The notes beneath the pieces are model-generated. The model was given only the letters and a program-made list of their open reading frames with translations. It was not told the DNA's origin and did not search any database. A DNA stretch of 64,000 bases from a virus. The translations under genes and the position numbers were made by a program. Of this stretch, positions 34,165 to 45,700 are shown one piece after another (the first letter of the stretch is position 1; each line of letters starts with the position of its first letter). The stretch spans positions 4,766 through 68,765 of IMG/VR virus record IMGVR_UViG_3300032144_000385; one strand, given 5' to 3'.

Positions 34165-37100
34165 GTGAAGAGCACCATGTAGCCGTCCTGGCTCGCGCCG
34201 GGGCTGTTGACCGAGAGCTGCTTCAGCGCCGCGACGTCCGCGGACGTGTGCCGGAACCGGAGCGTGTCGGAGACCGAGAGCGCCGCGGTCGCGCCGGTCG
34301 TCAGGCCGGCGGCGACGGCCGAGATCCAGGTCCCGCTCCCGTTGACGTCGTACTCGACCGCGCCGGTCGAGAACGCCGAGGAGAGAGTCAGGTTCACCAC
34401 GCCGGCCACCGTCACGGTGAACGAGTTGGACGCGACGCTCGCGGCGCGCGCGCCGAAGTTGAACTGCCCGGTCAGGGCGGTCGTCACGGCGAAGTCGTGC
34501 CGCAGCGGGACCAGGGAGTCCAGCGGCGTCGACTGGTGGACGTGCGAGGCCGTGACGTCGAACCGGAGCGAGGTCGGGAGGACCCCGTCGGTCGCGAGCA
34601 GGATCTCGATCCGGCGCACGTCCTGCTGCGTGCCCGAGAACGGGTCGGTCTCGAGGAGCAGGACGTTCGCGAGGTCGCGCACGAGCACGCGGTGCTCGGT
34701 CGAGTTCGCGGCCGGGAAGTCGGCGAAGATCGCGGCGGCGTCGGCCCCGAGGGCCTGCACCTCGTCCACGGTGCGGTAGTCGCGGCGCCGGACGTCGGAG
34801 AGGTCGATCGCGAAGTCCTCCGGCCCGGAGCCGGAGGCCTCCATGGAGGTCGTGGCCGCCCAGGGCGTGCCGTCCAGGGAGAGGCGCGAGGGCGGGTAGG
34901 GCCGGCGCACGCGGTCGGACATGGTCAGGCTGATCGTGGCCGCGTCGTCGTCCGGCAGGATCGACGAGCGCGAGAACGGGATCAGCTTCACCTCGACGTT
35001 GTCGCCGGCGGGGAGCAGGGAGTCGGAGAGCCCCGCGCCCGCGAAGACGAGGTAGACGGGGGTCCCGGCCGGGTGCTCGCCCTGCACGGAGTCGAGCGCG
35101 CCGCGGTAGACCCCGTTCAGCTGGACGTCGGCGCCCGAGGCCTGCGCGGAGGAGGGGAGCATGAACTCCGCCCCGACCAGGACGAGGTTCGTGAGGTTCG
35201 TCCCGAGGTCGACCGGGTCGCTCGAGTCCGAGAAGGCCGCCTCGAGCGCGGCCTGGGAGTCGGGGCCGGCGAGCAGGAGGAGCGAGGTCAGCGGGACGGC
35301 GGAGCCGCGCGCGAGCGAGTTCTTGAGGCGCCCGACCAGCATGAGGCCGAAGACCTCGCCGGCCGCCTCGAAGGCGCCCGTCGGGGTGGCGGGGTCGTGG
35401 CGCTCCGCGATCTCGAACCCGACCTCGGGGCCGGCGCGCCGCGCCGCGGCGAAGAGGAGGTCCCGGTCGGGGCCGCCCCCGAGCGGGTCGCGCGCGGCGA
35501 GGCCGCGGGGCGCCTCGATCGCGACCTGGTAGGCGAAGGGCACGAGGTCGTCGGACGGCGGTCCCCAGTTCGTGTCGCCGGGGTCGGAGAAGGACCCGGC
35601 CGCGGTCTCGAAGACGTCCTCGGTGACCGAGAGCTTGATACGCCCGTCCTCCAGCTCGCCGAGGTCGAGCTCGGCCACGCGCACGGGCATGCGCTCAAAG
35701 GCGACCGACCCGACCGAGTAGGTCAGGGCGTAGAGCTTGCCGGGGCGCGCGTCGAAGACGCTGCGGTCGACCACGATCGTCCCCTTGGCGAGCGGGTAGG
35801 AGAGGCCGCGGAGGTCGCGCCACGCGATGCTGTTCGCGAGGGTCCGGTCCTTGACGCCGGGGTACGTCGGCTCGGCGGGGATGACCTCGCCCTGCATGAC
35901 GTCGATGTTCGCCTGGTCCTGCGCGAGCGCGGACGTCGACTTGTACTGGTCGGCCCGGTCGGAGAACTTGACCGACACCTGGTTCGTGGTGTCCGCCCAG
36001 GCGCCGCGCGCGAAGCCCTCGAGCTCCACGATGTTCGAGGCCGAGAGGAGCGGCAGGGTGCCGACGTCGTAGCCGCCGCGCGCGAGGTCGAGGCTCCACT
36101 TGCCGAGGATCTGGTCGAAGAACACGACCCCGTCGATCTGCTCCTCGAGGATGCGCTGGAGCTCCGCGGCCTCGACCCGTCGGTCGAGGATCATGGAGAA
36201 CCCGTTGCCCTCGTCGGCCAGGGTCACGGCGTGGCCGGAGAAGGCCGCCGTGTCGACCTCGGAGATGGGGCGCTTCAGGCCCCACTCCTTGTTGGTCAGG
36301 ATCTCGACGAGGACGTTCGCCGGGTTGGCGTCCTTCCCGTTCACGGCCGCGTCGGCGTCGGAGAGGCCGAGCGGGTTCGGGAGGCGCCGGACCTCGAAGG
36401 CCCACGGCTTGATCTGCGTCGAGTTGCCGAGGTAGATCGGCTCCTCGGACGGCGCCACGTAGCAGGTGCGCAGGTAGGCCGGGGCCACCCCGTTCACGGT
36501 CTGGAAGCCGCCGTTGCCGGTCAGGGTCAGGGTGCAGCCCGTCCCGCCGGTCGGGGAGGCGGTCGTCGACGCGGGGCTGGCCGGGAAGGCGGAGTAGAAC
36601 CCGCGGTCGATCAGGACGACCGAGGTCACCGCGCCGCTCGAGACCGCGGTCACCTGGACCGTGGCCGCGGAGGTGTGCGTCCCGCCGACCGCGGTCAGGA
36701 TGTTCCCGACCGAGTAGCCGGTGCCGCCGGCCGCGACGGCGGCGGCGACCACGGAGTTGTTCCCGCCGAGGTAGGGCGACGGGTCCTGGTCGTCGGTGCC
36801 GGCGAAGAACGTCAGGGTGCCGCGCACGCCGCCGGCCCCGAGGTCGTCCCCGCCGAAGAGGTCGGGGCAGTCGATGAGGAACTGCTCGCCGTGCTCGACC
36901 GGCACGCCCTTGGTCATGGCGACCGTGGCGCCGGAGCCCGAGCCCCCGCTGAGGGCGGCCGCGCCGCCGCTCGGGAACACGGAGTACTCTCCCTTGTCGA
37001 TCAGAGTGATCGCGGTGATGTCGCCGGTGGCGTTGACCCGGTCGACGCGGACCTTGGCCGGGCGCTCGAACGTGCCGCCCACGACCTCGAGCACCTCGCG

Positions 37101-37541
37101 GCGCTTGTAGCCCGTGCCGTCGTTGGCCAGCGACACCGCCATGATCGCGGCCTCGCTGTAGACCTCGACGTCGCCGATCCAGACGCGGGTCAGCGTGCAC
37201 TGCTCCTCGTCGGGCGCGTCCCCCGCGCCGCGGCAGAGGACGAACTGCACCCCGAGGTGGTAGCGGAAACCGGTCACCTGCGTCTCGTGGGAGAACAGGC
37301 CGGTCTTGATCTCGACCTTGATGGGCTCCTGGATGAAGTCGCCGTACCAGACGACGTTGGGGCCCTTCTGCTGGCAGGTGCCCCAGAGCAGGGGGATCGG
37401 CCGGTCCTCGGTGGCGGTCGGGAACCGGAAGTCCCCGAGCGATGCGGGCTTGGCGTTCTCAATGTCCGGCTTGGGCCGGATCAGCTCCGCGAGGAGGAAC
37501 AGCCCGACCTGGATCGCGGCCCAGACCCACCAGATGACCAC
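34161..37541 (-). CDS. tail tip / central fibre (host specificity) protein
   Basis: PTATEDRPIPLLWGT..PNVVWYGD; NPANVLVEILTN..WG; position after the hub gene. Confidence 0.9.
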   Translation of the reverse strand: MVIWWVWAAIQVGLFLLAELIRPKPDIENAKPASLGDFRFPTATEDRPIPLLWGTCQQKGPNVVWYGDFIQEPIKVEIKTGLFSHETQVTGFRYHLGVQFVLCRGAGDAPDEEQCTLTRVWIGDVEVYSEAAIMAVSLANDGTGYKRREVLEVVGGTFERPAKVRVDRVNATGDITAITLIDKGEYSVFPSGGAAALSGGSGSGATVAMTKGVPVEHGEQFLIDCPDLFGGDDLGAGGVRGTLTFFAGTDDQDPSPYLGGNNSVVAAAVAAGGTGYSVGNILTAVGGTHTSAATVQVTAVSSGAVTSVVLIDRGFYSAFPASPASTTASPTGGTGCTLTLTGNGGFQTVNGVAPAYLRTCYVAPSEEPIYLGNSTQIKPWAFEVRRLPNPLGLSDADAAVNGKDANPANVLVEILTNKEWGLKRPISEVDTAAFSGHAVTLADEGNGFSMILDRRVEAAELQRILEEQIDGVVFFDQILGKWSLDLARGGYDVGTLPLLSASNIVELEGFARGAWADTTNQVSVKFSDRADQYKSTSALAQDQANIDVMQGEVIPAEPTYPGVKDRTLANSIAWRDLRGLSYPLAKGTIVVDRSVFDARPGKLYALTYSVGSVAFERMPVRVAELDLGELEDGRIKLSVTEDVFETAAGSFSDPGDTNWGPPSDDLVPFAYQVAIEAPRGLAARDPLGGGPDRDLLFAAARRAGPEVGFEIAERHDPATPTGAFEAAGEVFGLMLVGRLKNSLARGSAVPLTSLLLLAGPDSQAALEAAFSDSSDPVDLGTNLTNLVLVGAEFMLPSSAQASGADVQLNGVYRGALDSVQGEHPAGTPVYLVFAGAGLSDSLLPAGDNVEVKLIPFSRSSILPDDDAATISLTMSDRVRRPYPPSRLSLDGTPWAATTSMEASGSGPEDFAIDLSDVRRRDYRTVDEVQALGADAAAIFADFPAANSTEHRVLVRDLANVLLLETDPFSGTQQDVRRIEILLATDGVLPTSLRFDVTASHVHQSTPLDSLVPLRHDFAVTTALTGQFNFGARAASVASNSFTVTVAGVVNLTLSSAFSTGAVEYDVNGSGTWISAVAAGLTTGATAALSVSDTLRFRHTSADVAALKQLSVNSPGASQDGYMVLFT

Positions 37542-37545
37542 GGGA

Positions 37546-38391
37546 TCAGCACCGCTCCGGGTCGAGCCCGGTCTCGAAGATGTTGATCGTGGGGATGAAC
37601 GCGAAGCCCTGGTATCGCAGCACCTTGTCGAACTTGGTGCTGCAGGTCTGGATGTCGTGCGCGCAGCCGGCGCGGAGGATCACCTGCTCACCCACCACGG
37701 GGAAGGGGAACCCGAAGTGCAGCGTCAGGACGTCGCCGACGTGGCGCAGGATCATGCGCGCGTCGAGGCCGTCGGTCGTCTCGACCGTGCCGGCGTCGAA
37801 CCAGCCGTCCCCGAACGCCGCGGCGCCCGGCACCGTCAGCTGGAGGCCGGACTGGGCCGTCGCGGTCGCGGCGAGCCGGAACGCGGGGTCCTCGAGGTCC
37901 ACGTCGCAGAGCCCCGGGCCGCCGTCGGCGCCGTCGCCGAGGACGTTGTTGCATTGGCCGCGGAAGTCGAAGCGCGGGATCTGGCGCGCGGCGATGGAGA
38001 CGGGCGGCTCGATCGCGAGCTTGGCCTTGGTGCCGTCCTCGGAGAAGGCCACGGACTTGAGGAGCCCGCGGAAGAGCGTGGCGACGCTGCCGTCCCCGCG
38101 GTGGAGCTGCTGCAGCGTGAAGCGGGCCTGCTCGCTCGGGACGCTCGTGACGTAGCGGGACGGGAGGTCGTGCTCCGCGGGGAGGCTGATCTCGAGCGCG
38201 GACTGGCGCGCCTCGCGCGCCTGGGTAATCTTCCCGCGGCTCAGGCCCTCGGTCGCGAGGTAGTCGAGGCCGCCGGCGGACTGGTCGTCCTCGGCGGAGG
38301 TGAGCCGGTAGACCTGGAGGCCGAGCTCGAAGGTGTAGAGGTCGACCGGCCGGCCGCTCTCCTGGGAGGTCTCCTGCCCGCTGTAGGTCAC
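37546..38391 (-). CDS. baseplate hub protein (DUF2163/BR0599 family)
   Basis: PV.LYTF...T; C.NVLGD...C.VD; AGCAHDIQTC.TKF....YQGF.FIP. Confidence 0.9.
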   Translation of the reverse strand: MTYSGQETSQESGRPVDLYTFELGLQVYRLTSAEDDQSAGGLDYLATEGLSRGKITQAREARQSALEISLPAEHDLPSRYVTSVPSEQARFTLQQLHRGDGSVATLFRGLLKSVAFSEDGTKAKLAIEPPVSIAARQIPRFDFRGQCNNVLGDGADGGPGLCDVDLEDPAFRLAATATAQSGLQLTVPGAAAFGDGWFDAGTVETTDGLDARMILRHVGDVLTLHFGFPFPVVGEQVILRAGCAHDIQTCSTKFDKVLRYQGFAFIPTINIFETGLDPERC

Positions 38392-38395
38392 GGGG

Positions 38396-40123
38396 TCACT
38401 CCAGGACCGTCACGAGGGGGAGGACCGCGCGCCGGGCGTTGCCCGGCCCGTGCGTGATCCGGACGGTGTCGGAGTCGCTGCGCACCTTCTCCACGAAGCT
38501 GATCCTATCAATCTGCGCGGGGGTCAGGGTGGTCGGCCACGACGGGGTGACCGTGATGTTCTCCTGGGTGGACGTGGGGGCCGTGGACCCCGTGATCGTT
38601 CGGATGAAGGCCGCCCCGGAGACGGGCTGCACCCGGATCACGTTCTTGGGCTGGCGGGACCGCGCGAAGGCCGTGTAGCCGACGTGCTGGACCGCGAGCG
38701 TGGTCTGGCCGCTCGTCATGGTCCCGGAGGGCACGAGGTCCTTCGAGAAGGTGGGGATGTAGAGGCTGACCCGGCGGCCGTCCAGGGCCCAGAGGAGCTT
38801 CCGGATCCGCCACATGCCGGCCTTGCCGGACGCGACGAAGCCCCGCTCCGAGGCGCGCCGGTGGCGGTCCTGGCGCGTGGTCTCGCGCGTGAGGCCCACG
38901 GACCCGTCGGCGCGGCGGACGGGGTGCCGGTACTCCTCCGGCATCGTGCCGCGCACGAAGTTCGGGTCGTCGAGCAGGATCTTGCCGTTGAAGGTGGACC
39001 AGGTGGAGGCGTCGGCCAGCGCCGCGTCGTTGTCCTTCACCCGGAAGTGGGCGGAGAACCGGTCCTGCCCCTGCAGGTAGCGCTGCCCGCGGATCGGCCC
39101 GTCGATCGCGGCGAGCCGGAGCGGGGCCACGAGCACGAGGTCGGCGACGGGCGTGTAGGAGAGGACCGGGGGGTTGGCGACCGTGATCGTGGTCGCGGTG
39201 TGCGACACGAGGTCCAGCACGTCGAACCGGGAGTCGCTGGCCCACACGACGACGAGGCTGCCGTCCCGGAAGTCCGCGTCCGCGGTCGAGGCGACCGTCA
39301 GGACCGTGGTCGAGCCGCCGACGACCGCCGCGGTCAGCGGCGTCGCCTCGTGCCACATGGGGATCCCGAAGGTGCGCGGCTGCCAGTCGAAGAGCGCCGT
39401 CTCGAGCCGGGAGCGCTCGGCGCCGTCCTCGACGAGGATGTCCCAGGAGAACTTCTGGCGCGGGCTCTTGCGCAGGGCGCGGCGCTGCTCGGTGCCGTCC
39501 GCGTGCTGGATCACGTCGGTCAGCCACTCGAGGGTCTCCTCGTAGGGCTGCTCCGGCGGCGGCGCGAACAGGACCACGCGCTGCAGGGTGATGGGGACCT
39601 GGATCGTGCCGGTGATGTTGAACGTGAAGTCCAGCGTGGCGTCGACCAGGGCCGGGCCGACGAGGTCGATCAGGACGTCGACCTCGATCCCCTCCATGGG
39701 GGCGAAGAGGCGCGGCAGCGGCGGCGGGGAGACCAGCGACACGCCGTCGCCCGCGTTGTTGTCGAACAGCGTCCAGCTCAGGCTCCGCGACCGGAACGCC
39801 GAGAACACCTCGAGCGTGACCTGGGTCGGCGAGAGCACGTTGCCGAGCTCGATCTCCCGCGGGACGATGTGGAACTTGTCGTAGAAGTCGAGCCCCGGCG
39901 TGGAGGAGTACCCGGCCTCGCCGAGGTACTCGACCGAGGTCTCCGCCGGCTCCTGGTGGTCGTCCGTCGCGATGCCGACCAGGGGCGCCGCGAGCGCCGC
40001 CGGGTCGTCGACGAGCAGCTTGACCCCGCGCGACGCGAGCGCGTACGCGGCCGCGACGCGCCCGGGGATCTCGGCGCGCATGACCGAGGTGGTGAAGGGG
40101 ATCGCCCCGGGATACTCAGCCAT
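38396..40123 (-). CDS. virion structural protein (distal tail-like)
   Basis: ETLEWLTDVI..ADGTEQRRALR..PRQ.F; position after tape-measure-adjacent genes. Confidence 0.8.
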   Translation of the reverse strand: MAEYPGAIPFTTSVMRAEIPGRVAAAYALASRGVKLLVDDPAALAAPLVGIATDDHQEPAETSVEYLGEAGYSSTPGLDFYDKFHIVPREIELGNVLSPTQVTLEVFSAFRSRSLSWTLFDNNAGDGVSLVSPPPLPRLFAPMEGIEVDVLIDLVGPALVDATLDFTFNITGTIQVPITLQRVVLFAPPPEQPYEETLEWLTDVIQHADGTEQRRALRKSPRQKFSWDILVEDGAERSRLETALFDWQPRTFGIPMWHEATPLTAAVVGGSTTVLTVASTADADFRDGSLVVVWASDSRFDVLDLVSHTATTITVANPPVLSYTPVADLVLVAPLRLAAIDGPIRGQRYLQGQDRFSAHFRVKDNDAALADASTWSTFNGKILLDDPNFVRGTMPEEYRHPVRRADGSVGLTRETTRQDRHRRASERGFVASGKAGMWRIRKLLWALDGRRVSLYIPTFSKDLVPSGTMTSGQTTLAVQHVGYTAFARSRQPKNVIRVQPVSGAAFIRTITGSTAPTSTQENITVTPSWPTTLTPAQIDRISFVEKVRSDSDTVRITHGPGNARRAVLPLVTVLE

Positions 40124-41099
40124 TGTCCCGCCGGTAGGCGATGCCGAGGTTCTGGGTCCCCGTCGCCGTGCTGCCGGTGTTCTTCTGCTGCGCGGGGAAG
40201 ATGTACCACTGGTCGCTGCCGATCGTGACGACCTCGCGCGCCGCGAAGAACCGCATGTTCATGCCGCGGACGTCGGGCATGTAGCCGAGGTAGTACACCC
40301 GCTGGTTCGCGGTGTCCCGGTAGTAGACGCCGATCGGGTACATCGGGATCGCGCCGGAGCCCGACCCGCCCGAGTAGCGGCCGAACTGCGTGGCGACCGG
40401 GCCGCCGCGGAACCCGCCCTGCAGGTTCGCCTTCGCGATGCCCGCCGTGTCGTTCTGCGCCGCCTGGCTCGTGCCCCAGGTCTGGCCCCACTTGCCGCTC
40501 GCGACCTGGTTCGGGAGGCCCTCGAGGTGCACCGTGGCGCCGCGGCCCTTGTCCGAGGCCGTGGTCGTGTGGAAGATCCCGTCGAGCAGCATCGTGTCGC
40601 TGCTCGAGACCGCCCCGTTGTTCGTCTTGAAGTGGCCGTAGCAGTACTCGCCGCCGGTCCAGTCCCCGGTCTTGACGAGGGCCCCCACGCCGAAGTGCTT
40701 GAACACGTCGGCCGCCGACTCCACCACGACGTGGACGTAGAAGTCCTGCTCGAAGAACCAGTAGGTGAACGGCCCGTTGCCGAGCGCGTTGACGTGCCGC
40801 TCGTCGTCGAGGACCGCGTTCGTGCTGCCGACCGCGCCGTTGCCGCTGTCGTTGGGGTGCTGGCCCGGCTGGTTGCCGCCCGTGTATCCCAGGGCCTGGT
40901 AGATCCCGAGGTGGTTGGGGGACGAGGTGTCCCAGCGCACGCTGACCCACAGGGCGACCCCCGTCGCGGTGCGGTGCCACGCGGCCTGGCCGGTGCCCGT
41001 CGAGAGCTGGTCCTGCGTCCAGCCCTGCGCCACCAGGAAGGTGTCGAGCGCCGTGATCAGCGCGGACATGGTCGAGGCGGTCCCGGTGGAGAAGGCCAT
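40116..41099 (-). CDS. virion structural protein
   Basis: Position in the tail module; MAF.TGTA...L...L..F...GW family. Confidence 0.75.
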   Translation of the reverse strand: MAFSTGTASTMSALITALDTFLVAQGWTQDQLSTGTGQAAWHRTATGVALWVSVRWDTSSPNHLGIYQALGYTGGNQPGQHPNDSGNGAVGSTNAVLDDERHVNALGNGPFTYWFFEQDFYVHVVVESAADVFKHFGVGALVKTGDWTGGEYCYGHFKTNNGAVSSSDTMLLDGIFHTTTASDKGRGATVHLEGLPNQVASGKWGQTWGTSQAAQNDTAGIAKANLQGGFRGGPVATQFGRYSGGSGSGAIPMYPIGVYYRDTANQRVYYLGYMPDVRGMNMRFFAAREVVTIGSDQWYIFPAQQKNTGSTATGTQNLGIAYRRDNG

Positions 41100-42728
41100 C
41101 TACTGCTCCTTGATCGCGAAGTAGGTGTAGTCGAGCGCGCGGCTGCCGCTCTTGAACACCCGGTAGCGGTCCGTGCCCTGGGTGATGAAGTCCTCGGAGG
41201 TGAGCGGGGTCGTCACGTCGGAGGCCGACACCCAGAACACGCCGTCGAGCTCGCCGACGACGTCGTGCTCGGTCGGCGGCCCGTCCGACCCGAGCTGCAG
41301 CGTCAGCGGGAAGAGGCGTCGCAGCGCGCCGCCCGTGTTCGGCGTGGGGTGCAGCGTGAGGTTCGGGCTGCCCGGCACGCCGCTCCCCGCGATCACCGTG
41401 TCGTTCCCGCTCGCGCCGGAGAGCAGGATCCCCCCGTTGGCCTGCGGGTCGGCCGTGATGTTGTCGTCCGCGTCGGTGTCCTGGAGCGCGGGGTTGGACA
41501 CGCCGACCGGGTAGAGCACGCGCTCGTTCACGAGCGAGCGGTTCGGCGACGTCTCGTCGGAGGCCACGGAGCTGTTCAGGACCGGCTGCCAGTTGCCGTC
41601 GGACCGGAGGTAGAACGCCGGCCCGCCGGTCGGGTTCGCCGCGATGAGCTCCATGATCGAGCTGACGTAGGTCAGGATCGTGCTGTTGAAGAGCGCGCGC
41701 ACGCGGGTCGTGCACCCGGAGATGTAGATCGGGTAGGGCCACTCGCTCGGGCTGCCGAACCGGTTGAGGAAGCCCACGTACAGGCTCGAGTAGTGCGTGA
41801 CCGTCGCGTTCCGGACCTTGAACACGCCCTCGATCCGGTTCGGGGTGATCGAGAACCACAGGTCGATCGGGAAGCTCGCGCCGTTGTTGTGCAGCGGCAC
41901 GAACGCGCCGGTCGTGTTCGTGGCGCCGGTCGGGTCGCCGGGGCTCTTGCCCGCCTGCGCGTCGAAGGTCAGGAGCGGGTTGAACGCGGTGAACCCGAAC
42001 AGGGCCCAGTTGAACGCGGTGTTCGCGCCGTTCGCGGCCTGGTAGGTCCGGAAGCCCACGAAGACCGGCGTGCCGCCGCCGGAGCCCTCGAGGATCATGA
42101 CCTGGTCCTGCGTCGCGGGGAACGCCCAGGTGACGTTGAGCGTGGCGCCCGAGAGGCCCGCGCCCGTGACGGCCACGGGGTTCGCGGGGACCTCCTCGTA
42201 GAGGCCGGCCGTGACGACGCCGAGGACGGCCGTGATCGTGCCGCCGGCCACGGTGACCGAGAACTGCGCGGCGGTCGTGACGCCGACGGCGCCCACGCTC
42301 GAGAGCGTGACCGTCTGCGTGCCGTTCGTGCCGCCGGAGCCGCCGGAGCCGACGGTCGCCGAGGCGGCCTGCTGCGATCGGCGCCGGAGCGTCCAGCCGT
42401 TCGAGGCGAACGTGAGGTTGAAGGTGGCGCCGGTGCCACCGCCCCCGGTGACGGAGACGGGGTTCGAGGGGTTGGCCGTGTAGGACCCGCCCTCAGACAC
42501 CACGGCCGAGGTGATGTTACCGGTCGAGACGCCCGTGACGCGGATCTTGGCCGCGAAGGTCGACGTGCCGCCGGAGACGGTCAGGATGTCGCCGACGACG
42601 TAGGCGCCGGTCGTGGCGGTGCCGCTCTGGATCGAGACGGCCGTCGCCCCCTGCCCGGTGGCGGCCTTCATGAGCTTGTCGAGGACGTCGATGTAGCCGA
42701 CGCTGGAGGAGCCGGTGATCCAGGACAT
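41100..42728 (-). CDS. virion structural protein with Gly/Thr-rich beta modules
   Basis: Directly downstream of the tape measure; G.Y.VGDILTVSGG modules. Confidence 0.75.
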   Translation of the reverse strand: MSWITGSSSVGYIDVLDKLMKAATGQGATAVSIQSGTATTGAYVVGDILTVSGGTSTFAAKIRVTGVSTGNITSAVVSEGGSYTANPSNPVSVTGGGGTGATFNLTFASNGWTLRRRSQQAASATVGSGGSGGTNGTQTVTLSSVGAVGVTTAAQFSVTVAGGTITAVLGVVTAGLYEEVPANPVAVTGAGLSGATLNVTWAFPATQDQVMILEGSGGGTPVFVGFRTYQAANGANTAFNWALFGFTAFNPLLTFDAQAGKSPGDPTGATNTTGAFVPLHNNGASFPIDLWFSITPNRIEGVFKVRNATVTHYSSLYVGFLNRFGSPSEWPYPIYISGCTTRVRALFNSTILTYVSSIMELIAANPTGGPAFYLRSDGNWQPVLNSSVASDETSPNRSLVNERVLYPVGVSNPALQDTDADDNITADPQANGGILLSGASGNDTVIAGSGVPGSPNLTLHPTPNTGGALRRLFPLTLQLGSDGPPTEHDVVGELDGVFWVSASDVTTPLTSEDFITQGTDRYRVFKSGSRALDYTYFAIKEQ

Positions 42729-42732
42729 CGGG

Positions 42733-45700
42733 TCAGCGGCCGAGGCCGCGGCGGATCTTCTCGGGGTTCTTGGTCACCTGGTTCACGATGTGGCGCCCGG
42801 CGGCGTCGGAGGAGAGGTAGTCGCCGAACTCGTTGGGGTCGGTCTGGTTCACGATGGTAACCGGCACGGTGACCTGCGGGGCGGCCGCCTGCGCGGCGGG
42901 CGCGGCGCCCGCGCGGCCGAGGGCCTCGACGACCTGGTCGGACGGCACGATGGACCCGGGGCGCGAGAAGACGCGCAGCTCGGGGCCGTTCTCGCCGACC
43001 ACGTAGGGCTGGCCGGGCTCGGTGCGGCCGCCGCCGGCGAGGCCGGGGATGGCGACCCCGGGGAGCACGCCCGCGATGCCGCTGATCGCGTCGGTGGCGC
43101 CGCCGCCGAGGCCGGCGAGGGCCTTGACCGCGCGCAGCACGAGCAGCTGCGTGATGATCTGGGCGATGGCGTCGATGAAGTTCAGGGCGAGGCGGCGGAT
43201 GTCGACCGACCCGTCCTGGACGAGCTGCGACGTCGCCTGCGTGGCGGCGTTCAGGGCCGCGGTCAGGGTCTGGCTGCCGATCGTGGCCTCGGTCACGCTG
43301 GCCGACATCCGGTCCAGGGCGACGGTGAAGCCGTCCCCGAACGCGGTCGAGGCCTCGCGCGCCTTGAAGTCGAGGTCCTGGAGCACGAGCGCGAGCTGGC
43401 CCGCGCTCAGGACCCCGGCGTTGAAGGCCTCGTTCGCGCGCTGCGTCTCCGCGGCGATCTGCTGCTGGGCCTGCGCCTGCGCGAGGGCCGGCGACTGCAG
43501 GTTGTTCAGGAGCGCGCCGAACTCGCGCGCGAGCTCGTTCCGGCGGATCGCGGCGGCCTCGGCCGCAGGGTCCTTCACGACGTCGTTCAGCTCGCGGAGG
43601 GCCAGGATCTGGCGCTCCACGGCTTGGTCGAACTCGGGGAGCAGGGAGAGGCGCGAGGCGTCGGCGCGCTCGCGCTGGATCTCGAGCAGGCGCTCCTGCT
43701 GCTCGCGGAGCCGCTGCGAGGCCTCGGCCTCGCGGAGCAGGGCCTCGATCTGGCCCCGGCGCGCCGAGATGTCCTCGGTCGCCACGCCGGCGTCGCGCAG
43801 CGCCTTCAGCTCCTGCTGGAGCCGGACCTGGATCTCGAACTCGCGGTTGGCCTTCTGGATGGTCTCGAGGTCGCGCCCGGGGTCCCCGGTGAGGGCGAGG
43901 GTCGGCCCGACCACGGCGTCGGCCGCGTCCTGCAGCCGGTCGATCGCCGCGATGAGCGGCTGCGCGTCGCGGCGCTCCGCGAAGAGCTTGTTCAGGGCGC
44001 CCGAGAGGTCGCGGGCGGAGATGAGGGCGCGGTCCTCGGCCTCGACGAGCAGGTCGAACTTGCGGCGGAAGTCGTCCTCCGGCCCCTTGATGTCGTCGAC
44101 GACCGCGGCGAGCTCCTCGGCCGCCTGGCGGGCGGCGAGGATGGCGCGGAGACGCGCCTCGTTCGGGGACCCGGCGTCGACGTCCACGCCCTCGCGCGAG
44201 AGGGCCTTTCGGCGCCGGATGAGGTCGAGCTCGAGCTCCCGCTCGCGCCGGCTCTTGCCCAGCGCGTCGATGATCTCCTGCTGCTCGGCGATCTCCCGCT
44301 TCAGGGGGTCCTCGTCGCGCAGGGCGCGCGCGTTGCGCAGGCGCTCGCGCTGCAGGGCCGCGAGCTTCTCCTCGGCGGAGACGAGGCGTCGCGCGGCCGA
44401 GGAGTCGCCGCCCTCGCGCTCGGCGATCTCCTTCAGTCGCGCGACCTCCTCGGAGGCGCGGCGCAGGCGCTCGGCGAAGCTGTTTTCCGCCAGCGCGATG
44501 CCCTGCCGGACGAGGGCCTCGTTCACCTGGTCGAGCCGGCGGGCGATCTCCCCGAGGACGAGCAGGGCGGCGCCCAGGCTCGCGGCGATGGCGACACCCG
44601 CCGAGGCGGCCGCGACCTTGATCGCGACGAGCGCTAGGCCGGCCGCGGTGGCGAGGCGGATGAGGGTCGACAGCACCTCGCCGACGCCCCCGAGGGCGCC
44701 GAGGGCCGAGGTCGCAGCGCCGCGGACGAGGTCGAGGCCGTCCCCGACGGAGCGCAGGACGGAGCTGACCCCCTCCGTGACGGCCGAGAAGTCCGTGAGC
44801 AGGATGAGCAGGGCGCCGATGGCGGCCACGGCCACCCCGAAGGGGTTGGCCGCGATGAAGGCGCCGATCTTGGCGAGCAGCCCGGGGGTCGTCCGGAGGG
44901 TGCCGTTCAGGCGCGCCTGCGCGGCCGCGAGGGCGTCGGTCTGGGCGGTCAGCTGGGCGTCCAGGGCCGCCATCTGCGCCGATGCGATCACGCGCCCCTC
45001 CTGGGCGCGGGCGGCGGCCGCGGAGGCGGCGGCGAGCTGGGCCTCGGCGGCGGCGAGCCGCTCCACGGCGCCCGCGCGCGCGGTCTCCAGGGCCGCGAGC
45101 TGCTGCTCGAGCCCGAACAGGAAGGTCTCGCGCTCGGCGACGACGCCCTCGGCGCGGGCGCGGACGATCTCCGCCTCGGCGACGGCCGCGGCGGACTCGG
45201 CGCGCCGAATGTCGGCCTGCGACGCCCGGAGGGTCGCGGACAGGCCCGCGAAGGTGGCCTCGCTGGCCTCGGCGACGGCGACGGCGCGCGCCTGCTCGGC
45301 CTGCGTGACCGAGATGGCCGCGCGGGTCTTCGCGAGGTCGGCCTCGGAGGCGAGGACGGCCGCGCGCGCCTCGTTCTCGAGGGCCAGCGCCGCGGCCTCG
45401 GGGCCGGCGATGCCGGCCGCGACCTCGGCGTTGAAGAGGCGCTGCGCCGCGGCCGCGTCGGCCAGGCGCTGCGCGAAGCGCACGAACGGCCCGGCGGCCA
45501 GGGCGGCCCCGACGGCGACGAGCGAGAGGGCGAGGACGTCCAGGCTGCGGCCGAGGAGGCCCAGCACCGCGGCCAGGAGCTGCGAGGCCCCGGTGGCCTT
45601 GTTCAGCTCGCCAACGAACCGGACGGCGTTGTTCTGGAGGACCTGCAGGGCCTGCGAGGCGGTGGGGACCGTCTTGGCGAACCGCTGGCTGATCTCCTCG

